DNA of 64,000 bases from Alphaproteobacteria bacterium (GTDB taxonomy: Bacteria; Pseudomonadota; Alphaproteobacteria; Rhizobiales; JAKIUO01), in contig JAJRPI010000014.1 of the NCBI GenBank assembly GCA_024280895.1, positions 20,893-84,892 of the forward strand, read 5' to 3'. The translations under genes and the position numbers were made by a program. Positions 51,192 to 61,660 of the stretch are shown one piece after another. Within the stretch, counting starts at the first letter, position 1; every line of letters starts with the position of its first letter. A model generated the notes under the pieces. That model saw only the letters and a program-made list of their open reading frames with translations. It had not been told where the DNA came from and searched no databases.

Positions 51192-51393
51192 ATCATGAAA
51201 ATACCGGATATATGTTACAACTAATTGATATATATAGTATTTTATTGACTTTCTACCTGTATTTCATCCAGATAAATGGTGAAAGAATGATCATGTCCTC
51301 AATAGGACAAAGTGATGCTTGAGGCACTCTTTTCAAAAGATATGCCGGCTCATTTATCAAGGTCTTCTTGAAACAGAGAGGGCTAGGTTTCTC

Positions 51394-53109
51394 ATGAGTA
51401 CTCAATCTTCAGGCGGTATGCTTTCATTCTTGATGAAAGAAAATATTATCGCAAAACCAGGTTTCAATCGCTGGCTGGTACCGCCTGCATCTATCGCAAT
51501 TCATATGTGTATCGGTTCAGTCTATGCGTGGTCATTGTTTAATGGTCCACTTACGCGCCAACTTGGTGTCGTGGCTTCAAGTGCAGATGATTGGTCGCTA
51601 GCCTCGGTTGTCTGGATCTTTTCGGTGGCAATCGTGTCACTGGGCCTTACGGCTGCCTTTGGCGGCAAATGGCTGGAAAAAGTTGGGCCGCGATATGTCG
51701 GCGTTGTTGCCGGATTTTGCTGGGCAGGTGGTTTTTTAATAGGATCTGTCGGTATTTCCACCCATCAATTATGGTTGATATATCTGGGCTATGGCGTTCT
51801 TGGCGGGATGGGCCTTGGCCTTGGTTACGTGTCTCCCGTCTCGACGCTTATCCGATGGTTCCCAGATAAACGCGGCATGGCAACAGGCATGGCGATCATG
51901 GGCTTTGGCGGTGGCGCCATGATCGGTGCTCCTCTCATTCGTTGGTTATTGGCTAAGAACGCGATCGCACCTGATTTTCTGGGCGCAGAATCCGCCGTTA
52001 AACTGATCACGGAAGGTGGTCGCCGTTTTGCGGAAACGGCAACTGGAAAAGTTGAAGTCGTCATCGCAAGCGCCAAGCAGGCCGGCGCAATTTCCAGTGA
52101 CGCGCTTGAGGGCGTCTATGTAGTTGGCACGGGTGATACTGGCGCGGCAGCGACCTTTATCACACTTGGTATCGGCTATTTCATCGTGATGATGATCGCG
52201 TCATTACTGTACCGCGTTCCTGCTGAAAACTGGGCACCTGAAGGATGGGACTCTAACACCCTGACATCCAAGAAAATGGTCACGGAAAACGATGTCCATA
52301 TTGATCAATCAATGAAAACTCCACAGTTTTGGCTCATCTGGATTGTGCTTTGTTTCAACGTCACGGCTGGCATTGGCGTGATCGGGGTTGGTAAAACCAT
52401 GATCAACGAAATTTTCGGTAGTCTGACAATCGTGACGGCAGGATTTGCGGCCACCTACGTCTTGATGATCTCGGTCTTTAATATGACGGGTCGATTCTTC
52501 TGGGCCTCTGTTTCAGATTTCATTGGACGCAAGAACACTTACTTCTGTTTCTTCCTCATTGGCATCGCGCTATACGTGTCCATTCCCTATTTTGCTTCTT
52601 CTGGCGGAACGGCGGCATTGTGGGGCTTCTATATCGCAACGATGGTCATCTTTACAATGTATGGGGGAGGCTTTGCGACCATTCCGGCCTATCTTGCCGA
52701 CATTTTTGGTACATTGCATGTTGGTGGCATCCATGGTCGCTTGTTGACGGCCTGGTCGACTGCAGGCGTTCTTGGACCTTTCGCCATCACCTATCTGCGA
52801 AACCTGTCAAAGGACAATGCGATAGCCGATCTGGTCAGCAATATTGACCCGGCCGCATTTGCCACAAAATTTGGTGCCCCGGTGTCAAAACTCAATGAGT
52901 TGGTTGCAGCCAAATCGGTCACAATCGCCAAACTGATGGAGATTGCCCCAGCCGGGAGTATCGATCCAACCTCAGGCCTGTACAATACAACTATGTATGC
53001 AATGGCCGGGCTGTTGGTGATCGGGTTGATCGCTAATGCTTTGATCACTCCGGTGAGCGATAAGCATCATGTCAACAATACTCACCCGCAAATGGCACCC
53101 GCTGAATAA
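51394..53109 (+). CDS. OFA family MFS transporter (oxalate/formate antiporter-like)
   Basis: NRWLVPPA...CIG.VYAWS, WFPDKRGMATGMAIMGFGGGA, MYGGGFATIPAY, IHGRLLTAW. Confidence 0.93.
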   Translation: MSTQSSGGMLSFLMKENIIAKPGFNRWLVPPASIAIHMCIGSVYAWSLFNGPLTRQLGVVASSADDWSLASVVWIFSVAIVSLGLTAAFGGKWLEKVGPRYVGVVAGFCWAGGFLIGSVGISTHQLWLIYLGYGVLGGMGLGLGYVSPVSTLIRWFPDKRGMATGMAIMGFGGGAMIGAPLIRWLLAKNAIAPDFLGAESAVKLITEGGRRFAETATGKVEVVIASAKQAGAISSDALEGVYVVGTGDTGAAATFITLGIGYFIVMMIASLLYRVPAENWAPEGWDSNTLTSKKMVTENDVHIDQSMKTPQFWLIWIVLCFNVTAGIGVIGVGKTMINEIFGSLTIVTAGFAATYVLMISVFNMTGRFFWASVSDFIGRKNTYFCFFLIGIALYVSIPYFASSGGTAALWGFYIATMVIFTMYGGGFATIPAYLADIFGTLHVGGIHGRLLTAWSTAGVLGPFAITYLRNLSKDNAIADLVSNIDPAAFATKFGAPVSKLNELVAAKSVTIAKLMEIAPAGSIDPTSGLYNTTMYAMAGLLVIGLIANALITPVSDKHHVNNTHPQMAPAE

Positions 53110-53137
53110 GCCTGGAAAAGGGTTTGCAATATTAAGA

Positions 53138-53169
53138 AGAGGTACCAGTATCACTGGTGCCTCTCCTTT
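53138..53169 (+). terminator. stem-loop after the OFA transporter
   Basis: AGAGGTACCAGT-ATC-ACTGGTGCCTCT followed by a pyrimidine tract. Confidence 0.55.
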
Positions 53170-53453
53170 CCCTCGAAAAATTCTGGCTGGTTCTTTTTAA
53201 AACTAATGGACCTGCCTTTGAGTTTGTTTGTCCGGTGCGCAAGGCCAGTTTCTGGCGCTTGAACGTGCTTGTTCGAGCCGAAAATTGGCAATGGAATATT
53301 TTAACTGCAATGAATATATTGAATAAAATATGGAAAATGATGGGATCGTCTGTGGGTGTTCACCCTAAAATCGATCCATATATATTCGTTGCTGGCGGCG
53401 ATCATAAGCAAAAAAGAACACATGACATTAATCCTGGAAGGGAAACTCTGAAA

Positions 53454-55139
53454 TTGTCTTCAACAATCAAACCCCGGCAATCTTCCACAAAAAGAGATGT
53501 CAGCTTGCCCAAAGGGCGGCAGGTTGAAGATAGCGCTCTTGAGGAAGTACGAAACCTGTTGGGCGATTTGCCGATCCAACGCGATATGCTGATCGAAGCC
53601 TTCCACCTCATACAAGATGCCAAAGGCTACCTTTGCGCCCGCCACCTAGCTGCTCTCGCTGAATTGTTTCGCCTTTCCCAGGCCGAAGTTTTTGAAGTCG
53701 CCAGTTTTTATCATCACTTTGATATTGTCAAAGAAGATGAAAAAGCCCCCCCTGCCCTTACGGTACGTGTTTGCGATGGGCTTTCTTGCGAAATGGCCGG
53801 GGCTCAAAAGCTCATCAACAGCCTGAAGGATATTGTCAATCCACAAGACATACGAATTCAGCCTGTGCCATGTATCGGGCGCTGTGATATGGCTCCCGCC
53901 GTCAGCGTCGGCAAGCGCCGGGTTGATCAAGCGACACCGGCCGACGTCGTCATGGCAACCAGAAAAAAAATGACCCCCAAACTCCCCGACTATGAAATGC
54001 TCAGCGAATATGTTGCGGGAGGGGGGTATGAAATACTGCGCAGGGTTATGGCTCAAGAGTTGAGCGGCGATGAGGTTATTGAGATCATTTCCCGCTCTGG
54101 CCTTGGTGGCCTTGGTGGCGCTGGATTTCCAGCTGCACGCAAATGGGGTTTTGTGCGATCTTATGCTGGCCCGCGCTATCTGACGGTCAATGGAGACGAG
54201 GGGGAGCCTGGCACCTTCAAGGATCGCTATTGGCTGCACCGCCATCCTCACTGGATGCTGGAAGGAGCCCAGATCGCTGCCCAGGTTGTCGGTTGTGATC
54301 GCATCTATCTTTATTTGCGCGACGAGTACCCAGCGGTCATCGAGATTCTCAAGCGTGAAATCATCGCTCTTGAAAAAGCTGGACTCTTGCATACGCCGGT
54401 CGAAATCAGGCGCGGTGCCGGTGCTTATATTTGCGGCGAAGAAAGCGCCATGATTGAAAGTATTGAGGGCAAACGCGGCATGCCGCGCCAACGACCTCCC
54501 TTTATTGCGCAAGTCGGACTGTTCGGTCGCCCAACGCTCAATCACAATGTCGAAACACTGCACTGGATCCCGCAAATATTGACTTATGGCGGCGAATGGT
54601 TTGCCAAAAAGGGCTGGAGTGAGGACCACAAAGGCACACGCTCGTTCAGTGTTTCTGGCCGGGTCAAAAGACCAGGTGTTAAACTTGCCCCTGCTGGCAT
54701 ACCGCTGGAGCGCTTGATTGAAGACCATTGCGGAGGCATGTTGGAGGGCCATAGGTTCAAGGCATTTTTACCCGGCGGGGCATCGGGCGGCATTTTCCCA
54801 GCCAGCATGGCTCACATGGCAATGGATTTTGGAACATTTGAACCCTATGGCGGATTTGTTGGCTCCCACGCCGTTGTCATCTTGTCGGACAAAGACAGTA
54901 TTTATGATGCGGTACTCAACACCATGCGATTTTTCAAGCATGAAAGTTGCGGCCAGTGCACCCCTTGCCGAGCAGGTACCCACAAGCTGCTGCATATGCT
55001 GAAAGACCCTGCCACCGACCATCAGCTTTACAAGGACTTAATGATGGTGATGAGCGATAGCTCCATTTGCGGCCTTGGTCAGGCTGCTGCCAACTGTGTC
55101 AATCACCTGATGAAATATTTCCCGGAGGAAATGCAATGA
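53454..55139 (+). CDS. NAD-dependent formate dehydrogenase diaphorase subunit (fused NuoE+NuoF-like)
   Basis: VCDGLSC and CIGRC [2Fe-2S], GLGGAGFP, NGDEGEPGTFKDR, YICGEE, ESCGQCTPCR, CGLG. Start tentatively TTG 53454. Confidence 0.9.
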   Translation: MSSTIKPRQSSTKRDVSLPKGRQVEDSALEEVRNLLGDLPIQRDMLIEAFHLIQDAKGYLCARHLAALAELFRLSQAEVFEVASFYHHFDIVKEDEKAPPALTVRVCDGLSCEMAGAQKLINSLKDIVNPQDIRIQPVPCIGRCDMAPAVSVGKRRVDQATPADVVMATRKKMTPKLPDYEMLSEYVAGGGYEILRRVMAQELSGDEVIEIISRSGLGGLGGAGFPAARKWGFVRSYAGPRYLTVNGDEGEPGTFKDRYWLHRHPHWMLEGAQIAAQVVGCDRIYLYLRDEYPAVIEILKREIIALEKAGLLHTPVEIRRGAGAYICGEESAMIESIEGKRGMPRQRPPFIAQVGLFGRPTLNHNVETLHWIPQILTYGGEWFAKKGWSEDHKGTRSFSVSGRVKRPGVKLAPAGIPLERLIEDHCGGMLEGHRFKAFLPGGASGGIFPASMAHMAMDFGTFEPYGGFVGSHAVVILSDKDSIYDAVLNTMRFFKHESCGQCTPCRAGTHKLLHMLKDPATDHQLYKDLMMVMSDSSICGLGQAAANCVNHLMKYFPEEMQ

Positions 55140-57946
55140 GCCTTGATAGCAATGCCGATACCAAAACGGTCACCTTCGTCATGGATGGGCAAGAAGTTAC
55201 GGGATCAGCCGATCAAACAATCTGGAGCATTGCCAGGGATCACGGACTGGATATTCCCCATCTGTGCTATAAAGACGACCCCGAATATCGCGGCGACGGC
55301 AATTGCCGTGCCTGCATGGTGGAGATCGAGGGGGAGAGAGTTCTAACGCCATCTTGTACGAGATTACCCTCGCAAGACATGGTGGTCATGACCAAAAATG
55401 AGCGGGTTAAGGCCAATCGCAAACTGGTGTTCGAATTGCTGGCATCCGATATGCCAAGCAAAGATCGAAGTCCTGATCCTGATTGCCATTTTTGGCAACA
55501 GGCTGAATTGGCGGGCTTGAATGGGCGCCGTTTCCCAGGAGGAAGGCTTGGGGCACAAAAAGAAATCCCAGTCAGCTCCATCTTCCATGATAGCTCGCAC
55601 CCCTCAATAGCGGTTAATCTTGATGCGTGTATTTCCTGTGGTTTATGTGAACGAGCTTGCCGCGAAGTGCAGGTCAATGATGTCATCGGCATGGGCCATC
55701 GCGGCATCGGGATGATGCCGATCTTTGATCTGGATGATCCGATGGGAGTATCCACTTGCGTCGCATGCGGGGAATGCGTTCAAGCATGTCCAACCGGTGC
55801 CTTAATGGAAAAAACCATTCTCAATGACGCCGCCACCAAGCGGGCGATCAAAGCCGACCGCGTGGTCGACAGCTTATGTCCGTTTTGTGGAGTTGGCTGC
55901 GCGACAAGTGTGCATATGAAAGGCAATGACATCTTGAAGGTTGATGGTCGTCAAGGCCCCGCCAACCGTGGAAAATTATGTATCAAGGGGCGGTTTGGAA
56001 TGGACTATGTGATGTCCGCTGAGCGTCTCACCAAGCCAATGGTTCGGCGCGACGACGCCCCTAAATCAGCCAAAGCGAACATGACATATGAAACAATGCT
56101 TGAGACCTTTCGCGAGGTTAGTTGGGACGAGGCGCTCGACAAAGCCGCAGTCGGTTTCACAAATATTATCAGCGAAAAAGGCGGGCAAGCGCTTTGTGGG
56201 TTTGGCTCGGCCAAGGGAAGCAACGAAGAAGCCTATCTGTTCCAGAAGTTGATCCGACAGGGATTTGGTACCAATAATATCGATCATTGCACCCGCCTTT
56301 GTCACGCCTCTTCCGTCGCCGCTTTGATGGAGGGTGTCGGGTCGGGCGCGGTATCGGCACCGTTTACGGCGGCCGATGACAGCGATTGCATCATTGTCAT
56401 TGGAGCGCGCCCCGAACAAAACCATCCTGTTGCTGCGACCTATCTGAAACAGGCTGCCAAACGCGGCGCCGCTCTGATTGTTATGGATCCGCGTCGCCAG
56501 GGACTGATGCGACATGCCACCCACTCGGTGATCTTTAAGCCCGGGCGTGATGTGGCAATGCTCAATGCCATGCTGCATGTCATCATTGAAGAACATCTGT
56601 ATGACGAACAATATATTCAGGCCAATGTTGATGGCTTTGACGCCCTCAAGAAAAAAGTCAAAGACTTTACACCTGAAGCCATGGAAGCGGTTAGCGGGGT
56701 GAAAGCTGGTTTCTTGCGTGATATCGCGCGCACCTATGCAAAAGCCGAGCGATCCATTATTTTTTGGGGCATGGGGATCAGCCAGCACGTGCACGGCACC
56801 GATAATTCACGCGGCCTGATCGCATTGGCGTTGATCACCGGCCATGTGGGGCGCCCTGGCACCGGATTACATCCCTTGCGGGGGCAAAATAATGTTCAGG
56901 GGGCATCTGACGCTGGTTTAATTCCTATGGTTTATCCAAATTACCAATCTGTAGAGGATGATGATATCCGAGCTGGATTCGAAGATTTATGGGGACGCTC
57001 CCTCGACCCTGTCACCGGTTTGACCGTGGTCGAGATCATGAATGCCATCAGCCAGGGCAGCATTAACGCCATGTATTGTCAGGGCGAGAACCCGGCCATG
57101 TCTGACCCTGATCAAAGTCATGTGCGAGCCGCACTTGCGTCGCTGGATCATTTGGTTGTGCAAGATATCTTCCTGACGGAAACAGCATGGTTTGCAGACG
57201 TCATCCTGCCAGCTTCCGCCCACCCGGAAAAAACCGGCACCTTCACCAACTCGAACCGTCAGGTACAATTGAGCCGCGCGGTGCGCAACCCTCCTGGCGA
57301 TGCCCGTCAGGATTGGCAACTGATCATGGAGGTGGCAAACCGCATCGGATGCGGATGGACGTATGAAAATGTGTCTGATATTTACCGTGAAATGGCCAGC
57401 ATCATGCGCAGCTTCGATAATATCAGCTGGGAGCGGCTGGAGCGCGAAGGAGCCCTTTGTTATCCCGTCAAGACCGAGGATGGGCCGGGCGATGAAATCA
57501 TTTTTTACAATGGTTTTCCAACAGCAAACGGCAAAGCGAAAATCGTGCCCACTGACCTGGTCGCCCCCGCAGAATTACCCGATGAAGAATTTCCCATGGT
57601 GCTGACGACGGGTCGGTTGCTGGAACATTGGCATACCGGCGCTATGACGCGGCGCGCAACGGCTCTTGAAGCGCAAGAACCAACGCCTGTCGTATCCATG
57701 CACCCGCGCGATATTGGCAAGCAGGGCCTTAAACGGGGGCAACAGGTCGTGCTGGAAACGCGGCGCGGCTCTATACGCCTCACATTGCGAGCCGATCGCG
57801 ACGTTACGCAAGGCATGCTGTTCGTGCCATTTTGCTTTGTCGAGGCCCCGGCCAATTTCCTCACCAATCCTCAACTGGACCCTTATGGGAAAATCCCCGA
57901 ATTCAAATTCTCGGCAGCAAGAATAAAAGCCAGCGAGGTTGCGTGA
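55136..57946 (+). CDS. fdhF: formate dehydrogenase alpha subunit (Mo/W-bisPGD, Cys ligand)
   Basis: N-terminal [2Fe-2S] and 2x[4Fe-4S] motifs, CPFCGVGC, NIDHCTRLCHAS, LRGQNNVQG, KIPEFK; ATGA overlap with the upstream subunit. Confidence 0.95.
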   Translation: MSLDSNADTKTVTFVMDGQEVTGSADQTIWSIARDHGLDIPHLCYKDDPEYRGDGNCRACMVEIEGERVLTPSCTRLPSQDMVVMTKNERVKANRKLVFELLASDMPSKDRSPDPDCHFWQQAELAGLNGRRFPGGRLGAQKEIPVSSIFHDSSHPSIAVNLDACISCGLCERACREVQVNDVIGMGHRGIGMMPIFDLDDPMGVSTCVACGECVQACPTGALMEKTILNDAATKRAIKADRVVDSLCPFCGVGCATSVHMKGNDILKVDGRQGPANRGKLCIKGRFGMDYVMSAERLTKPMVRRDDAPKSAKANMTYETMLETFREVSWDEALDKAAVGFTNIISEKGGQALCGFGSAKGSNEEAYLFQKLIRQGFGTNNIDHCTRLCHASSVAALMEGVGSGAVSAPFTAADDSDCIIVIGARPEQNHPVAATYLKQAAKRGAALIVMDPRRQGLMRHATHSVIFKPGRDVAMLNAMLHVIIEEHLYDEQYIQANVDGFDALKKKVKDFTPEAMEAVSGVKAGFLRDIARTYAKAERSIIFWGMGISQHVHGTDNSRGLIALALITGHVGRPGTGLHPLRGQNNVQGASDAGLIPMVYPNYQSVEDDDIRAGFEDLWGRSLDPVTGLTVVEIMNAISQGSINAMYCQGENPAMSDPDQSHVRAALASLDHLVVQDIFLTETAWFADVILPASAHPEKTGTFTNSNRQVQLSRAVRNPPGDARQDWQLIMEVANRIGCGWTYENVSDIYREMASIMRSFDNISWERLEREGALCYPVKTEDGPGDEIIFYNGFPTANGKAKIVPTDLVAPAELPDEEFPMVLTTGRLLEHWHTGAMTRRATALEAQEPTPVVSMHPRDIGKQGLKRGQQVVLETRRGSIRLTLRADRDVTQGMLFVPFCFVEAPANFLTNPQLDPYGKIPEFKFSAARIKASEVA

Positions 57947-58226
57947 ATAGCCTGAGCATATGACGTCTCTTGATATGCTCAAAAACCGCTGAAGAATGTT
58001 GGTCTGCTTGACCCCCCACCCCCCCTGTCTGGCCCCGCTACCGGCGCGACGATTTCGCTAAACATGATCACGGTGCGGTTCTGCTCTTATGCGGCTTGCG
58101 ATACGACCCCGAAAATTTGATTATTACTTGTATCTCCTCTATTCAGCAATAAAATGGAAGATAGTTTACAAATCTTCCTGCTATGCCTATTATTTTACAG
58201 GCTAGAAATTTCTGCGGAGGCAAAAT

Positions 58227-59015
58227 ATGAACGATGCCAGTCACAAATCATTGGGTATTTCCAGCCGTCAAGAGCAGATCATTGCGCTGGTGCGCGAACG
58301 TGGCTTTGCAACGCTCGATTTGATGGCGGAAAAATTTGGCGTTTCACAACAAACCGTGCGGCGCGATGTGATCCAGCTTGCTAAACAAAATTTGCTGCAA
58401 CGTCACTATGGAGGCGCTGGCCTGCCAGCTGGCATCGACGGCAAATCCTATTCAAAGCGCAGCATCCAAAACGCCGAGGAAAAAGCTGCCATTGGTAAAG
58501 CTGTCGCCGCAGATATTCCAAACGGCTCCTCCTTGTTCATTGATATCGGCACCACAACAGAAGCCGTGGTGGAGGCCTTGCTTGGGCACAAAGAGCTGAA
58601 AATCATCACGAACCACATCCGCATTGTTTCCACTTTATGCGAGAATACTGACTTCGAAATCATCTTGTCTGGGGGCTTGGTGCGCAATCGTGACTGGGCT
58701 GTAACCGGAGAGAGTTCAGTTGAATTTTTGCGAGAATTTCGTGTTGGATACGGAATCTTTGGGGCCGGATCCATTACAGATGACGGGCAGCTGCTCGATT
58801 ATGACTATCGTGATGCCCAGACCTCACGAGCGGCCAGAGACATTTCCCGATGTAAAATCGTTGTCATGGATCATTCAAAGTTCAACGCAGATGCCATGAT
58901 GCCCTTTGCCAAAATATCAGAAATAGACCGGCTTTATACCGGCAAAACACCCCCTGAACCGATCAAAAATTCGATTGAGAAAGCCGGGACCAGCCTTGTT
59001 ATCGCCGAGAAATAA
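58227..59015 (+). CDS. DeoR/GlpR family transcriptional regulator
   Basis: FGVSQQTVRRD, FIDIGTTT, DHSKF. Confidence 0.94.
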   Translation: MNDASHKSLGISSRQEQIIALVRERGFATLDLMAEKFGVSQQTVRRDVIQLAKQNLLQRHYGGAGLPAGIDGKSYSKRSIQNAEEKAAIGKAVAADIPNGSSLFIDIGTTTEAVVEALLGHKELKIITNHIRIVSTLCENTDFEIILSGGLVRNRDWAVTGESSVEFLREFRVGYGIFGAGSITDDGQLLDYDYRDAQTSRAARDISRCKIVVMDHSKFNADAMMPFAKISEIDRLYTGKTPPEPIKNSIEKAGTSLVIAEK

Positions 59016-59067
59016 GGAGTTGGGCCTAATAGGACATGTAAGACTTCTTACATTTTTTGAATACTTG

Positions 59068-59096
59068 TTGACATTACAAGGGCTATTTCCTACCAT
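59068..59096 (+). promoter_or_regulatory. sigma70-type promoter of the ABC operon
   Basis: TTGACA-17 nt-TACCAT, bracketed by the inverted repeat TTGTTGACA/TGTCAATAA. Confidence 0.55.
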
Positions 59097-59172
59097 CTTG
59101 TCAATAACGAGTCATATCTGCTGGCCTCTACCACCTTCGTCAGGCCAGTAAACCTCAGGGAAGCGTAGTACT

Positions 59173-60240
59173 ATGTCGGCCATTGAACTAAGTGACATTG
59201 TCAAAAGATGGGGTGAGACCACCGCCGTCGACAATGTTTCGTTCAAGATAGAAGATGGCGATTTTGTCGTCCTGCTTGGCCCCTCTGGTTGCGGAAAATC
59301 GACAACCCTGCGAATGATTGCCGGCCTCGAAGATGTGACCGCTGGAACAATGAAACTTAACGGTGTCGACATGACCAATGTCGCCCCCTCGAAGCGTCGT
59401 ATTTCCATGGTGTTTCAGTCCTATGCCTTGTTCCCTCACCTGTCGGTGGAAGAGAACATCCTGTTTGGACTGAAAGTTCGGAAAATCCCCCGTGACGAGA
59501 GAGCCACCCGCCTTGACAAGGTTGCTGAGCTGGTGGGCCTTTCGACGCTTCTTGACCGCAAGCCCTCACAACTATCGGGCGGCCAGCGTCAACGAGTGGC
59601 ATTGGCACGGGCGGTCATTGCCGAAAACAAGATCTGCCTGATGGATGAGCCTCTTTCAAACCTTGATGCCAAGCTGCGCCAGGACATGCGTTTTGAGATC
59701 CGGGCCCTACAGGAACGGCTCAATATGACCGTTGTTTACGTGACCCATGATCAGGCCGAAGCCATGAGCATGGCCGACAAGGTCATCTTGATGCGCGAAG
59801 GGCGCATTGAGCAAGAAGGGACACCTGACGAGCTTTATAACAGACCAGCAACGGTCTTTGCCGCCTCTTTCATCGGCACACCCCCCATGAATTTAATCAA
59901 CACAACGACACATGATGGTGCCTTTGTGATCGAGGGCGAAAATCAGACGCAGGTTTTGGAAACCTCCCTGTCTGAAGTGTTGATCGGCATCCGCCCCGAA
60001 CACATTTCCATTACCGACGATCAAGGGATACAAGCCCAATTGTTAAGCGCCGATTACCAAGGCGCCGACACGATTGTCAACGGCCTGATTGGCACACAAA
60101 AAGTGCTGATCCGCACACCCGGGCGCGTCGCCATCAACAAGCCTCTGCACGCTAGACTGAGCTGGAACAAGGACAATGTCCATGTATTCAAAGCCGATAC
60201 TGGCGCTCGAACCGAACTGATAAATGCCGTGAGTGTTTAG
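59173..60240 (+). CDS. CUT1 ABC transporter ATP-binding protein (UgpC-like)
   Basis: GPSGCGKS, VFQSYALFPH, LSGGQRQR, DEPLSNLDAKLR. Confidence 0.95.
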   Translation: MSAIELSDIVKRWGETTAVDNVSFKIEDGDFVVLLGPSGCGKSTTLRMIAGLEDVTAGTMKLNGVDMTNVAPSKRRISMVFQSYALFPHLSVEENILFGLKVRKIPRDERATRLDKVAELVGLSTLLDRKPSQLSGGQRQRVALARAVIAENKICLMDEPLSNLDAKLRQDMRFEIRALQERLNMTVVYVTHDQAEAMSMADKVILMREGRIEQEGTPDELYNRPATVFAASFIGTPPMNLINTTTHDGAFVIEGENQTQVLETSLSEVLIGIRPEHISITDDQGIQAQLLSADYQGADTIVNGLIGTQKVLIRTPGRVAINKPLHARLSWNKDNVHVFKADTGARTELINAVSV

Positions 60241-60312
60241 GAAAGAATTTGCAGGCGGTATTTTAAAGCTTTTGTGACCCGTGACGATGTAATTACCAAA
60301 AGGAGAAAGACC

Positions 60313-61602
60313 ATGCGATCAAATTTCAAACCCAAATTACTAAAGCTGGCGATAGCTGGCGCGTTCAGTCTGGGACTGGCGTCAAGCGCCTTGGCGGTTG
60401 ATCTGACAATGTACTACCCCGTTGCGGTTGGCGGCCCCCTGACCAAGATTGTCGACGGCATGGTCTCTGAATTTGAAAAACAAAACCCCGACATTCACGT
60501 CAAGGCCATTTATGCAGGCAATTATAACGATGCCCGCATCAAGTCTCTGGCCGCCCTTAAAAGTGGCAAACCCGCCCAGACAGCCGTGATGTTTTCCATC
60601 GATATTTACGAGCTGATCGAACAAGGAGCCATTGTCGCCTTTGACGATGTGGTGGAAACCGTAGAAGAAAAAGCCTGGCTGAAAAGCTTTTACCCGGCAC
60701 TGATGGAAAATGGCAAAACCCAGGGCAAAACCTGGGGCATCCCCTTCCAGAGATCGACCATTGTCATGTATTATAACAAGGACGCATTCCGCAAAGCTGG
60801 CCTTGATCCTGAAAAGCCACCGGCAACCTGGGACGAATTGGTCTCCATGGGGCAAAAGCTGACCCAAAAAACCGGCGGCAAGGTTGACCAGTGGGGGGCC
60901 ATGATCCCCTCGACCGGCTATCCATATTGGATGTTTGGCGCCCTTTCCATGCAAAATGACCAAACCCTTATGAACGGAGACGGCAACAAAACCAATTTCG
61001 ATGCACCGGCAACTGTCGCCGCACTACAGTTTTGGAAAGATCTGGGATCAAAACACAAGATCATGCCGTCCGGGACCATCGAATGGGGCACCTTGAGACA
61101 AAACTTCCTTGCTGGAAAAACCGCTATCATGTGGCATTCAACCGGCAATCTGACAGTGGTCAAAAAGAAAGCCAAGTTCGATTTTGGTGTCGCTATGCTG
61201 CCCGCCAACAAGCGCCGTGGTACGCCCACTGGTGGTGGCAATTTTTACATCTTCAAAAAGAGTACACCAGAAGAGCGTAAGGCTTCCATGAAGCTCATTC
61301 GCTTCTTGACCGATCCCGAACGCACTGCGGAGTGGAGCATGAAAACGGGCTATCTGGCCACCAGCGCAGGTGCCTATGGGACAGCCAAACTGAAGCAGTA
61401 TGTCAAGGACTTCCCGCCTGCTGCCGTAGCGCGCGATCAGCTAAAATTTGCGACAGCCGAGTTGTCGACTTATCAAACTGGCCGCATTCGTAAACTGCTG
61501 GATGACGCCATTCAGTCTGTTTTGACCGGTGCAAAATCTCCGGCCGAGGCCCTTACAGGAGCCCAGAAAAAAGCTGAGCGCCTGTTGAAGCGCTACCGCT
61601 AG
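60313..61602 (+). CDS. ABC transporter substrate-binding protein (UgpB-like)
   Basis: AGGAGA RBS, signal peptide ending ALA, IPFQRST..YYNKD, PTGGGN. Confidence 0.92.
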   Translation: MRSNFKPKLLKLAIAGAFSLGLASSALAVDLTMYYPVAVGGPLTKIVDGMVSEFEKQNPDIHVKAIYAGNYNDARIKSLAALKSGKPAQTAVMFSIDIYELIEQGAIVAFDDVVETVEEKAWLKSFYPALMENGKTQGKTWGIPFQRSTIVMYYNKDAFRKAGLDPEKPPATWDELVSMGQKLTQKTGGKVDQWGAMIPSTGYPYWMFGALSMQNDQTLMNGDGNKTNFDAPATVAALQFWKDLGSKHKIMPSGTIEWGTLRQNFLAGKTAIMWHSTGNLTVVKKKAKFDFGVAMLPANKRRGTPTGGGNFYIFKKSTPEERKASMKLIRFLTDPERTAEWSMKTGYLATSAGAYGTAKLKQYVKDFPPAAVARDQLKFATAELSTYQTGRIRKLLDDAIQSVLTGAKSPAEALTGAQKKAERLLKRYR

Positions 61603-61617
61603 ACCATCAACCCACAC

Positions 61618-61652
61618 TCCCTCAAAAGCGGGACACTCCTGCTTTTGAGGGA
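61618..61652 (+). terminator. intercistronic stem-loop after the substrate-binding gene
   Basis: TCCCTCAAAAGCGGGA-CAC-TCCTGCTTTTGAGGGA with no U tail; typical mRNA-stabilising hairpin. Confidence 0.6.
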
Positions 61653-61660
61653 TTAGATCG

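Noticed and set aside
51310..51345. Sigma54 promoter for the OFA gene
   Set aside because: AGGCAC is not followed by a correctly spaced TTGC.
53170..53450. Moco/tungsten-cofactor riboswitch or ModE box before the fdh genes
   Set aside because: Only small hairpins and an AT-rich stretch; I could not match the conserved motif elements.
53157..53453. N-terminal ~99-aa extension of the NuoEF-like subunit
   Set aside because: It starts inside the upstream terminator hairpin and crosses AT-rich intergenic-like DNA; recognisable protein begins near PKGRQ.
56280..56310. Selenocysteine in formate dehydrogenase
   Set aside because: The active-site codon is TGT (RLCH) and the frame is uninterrupted.
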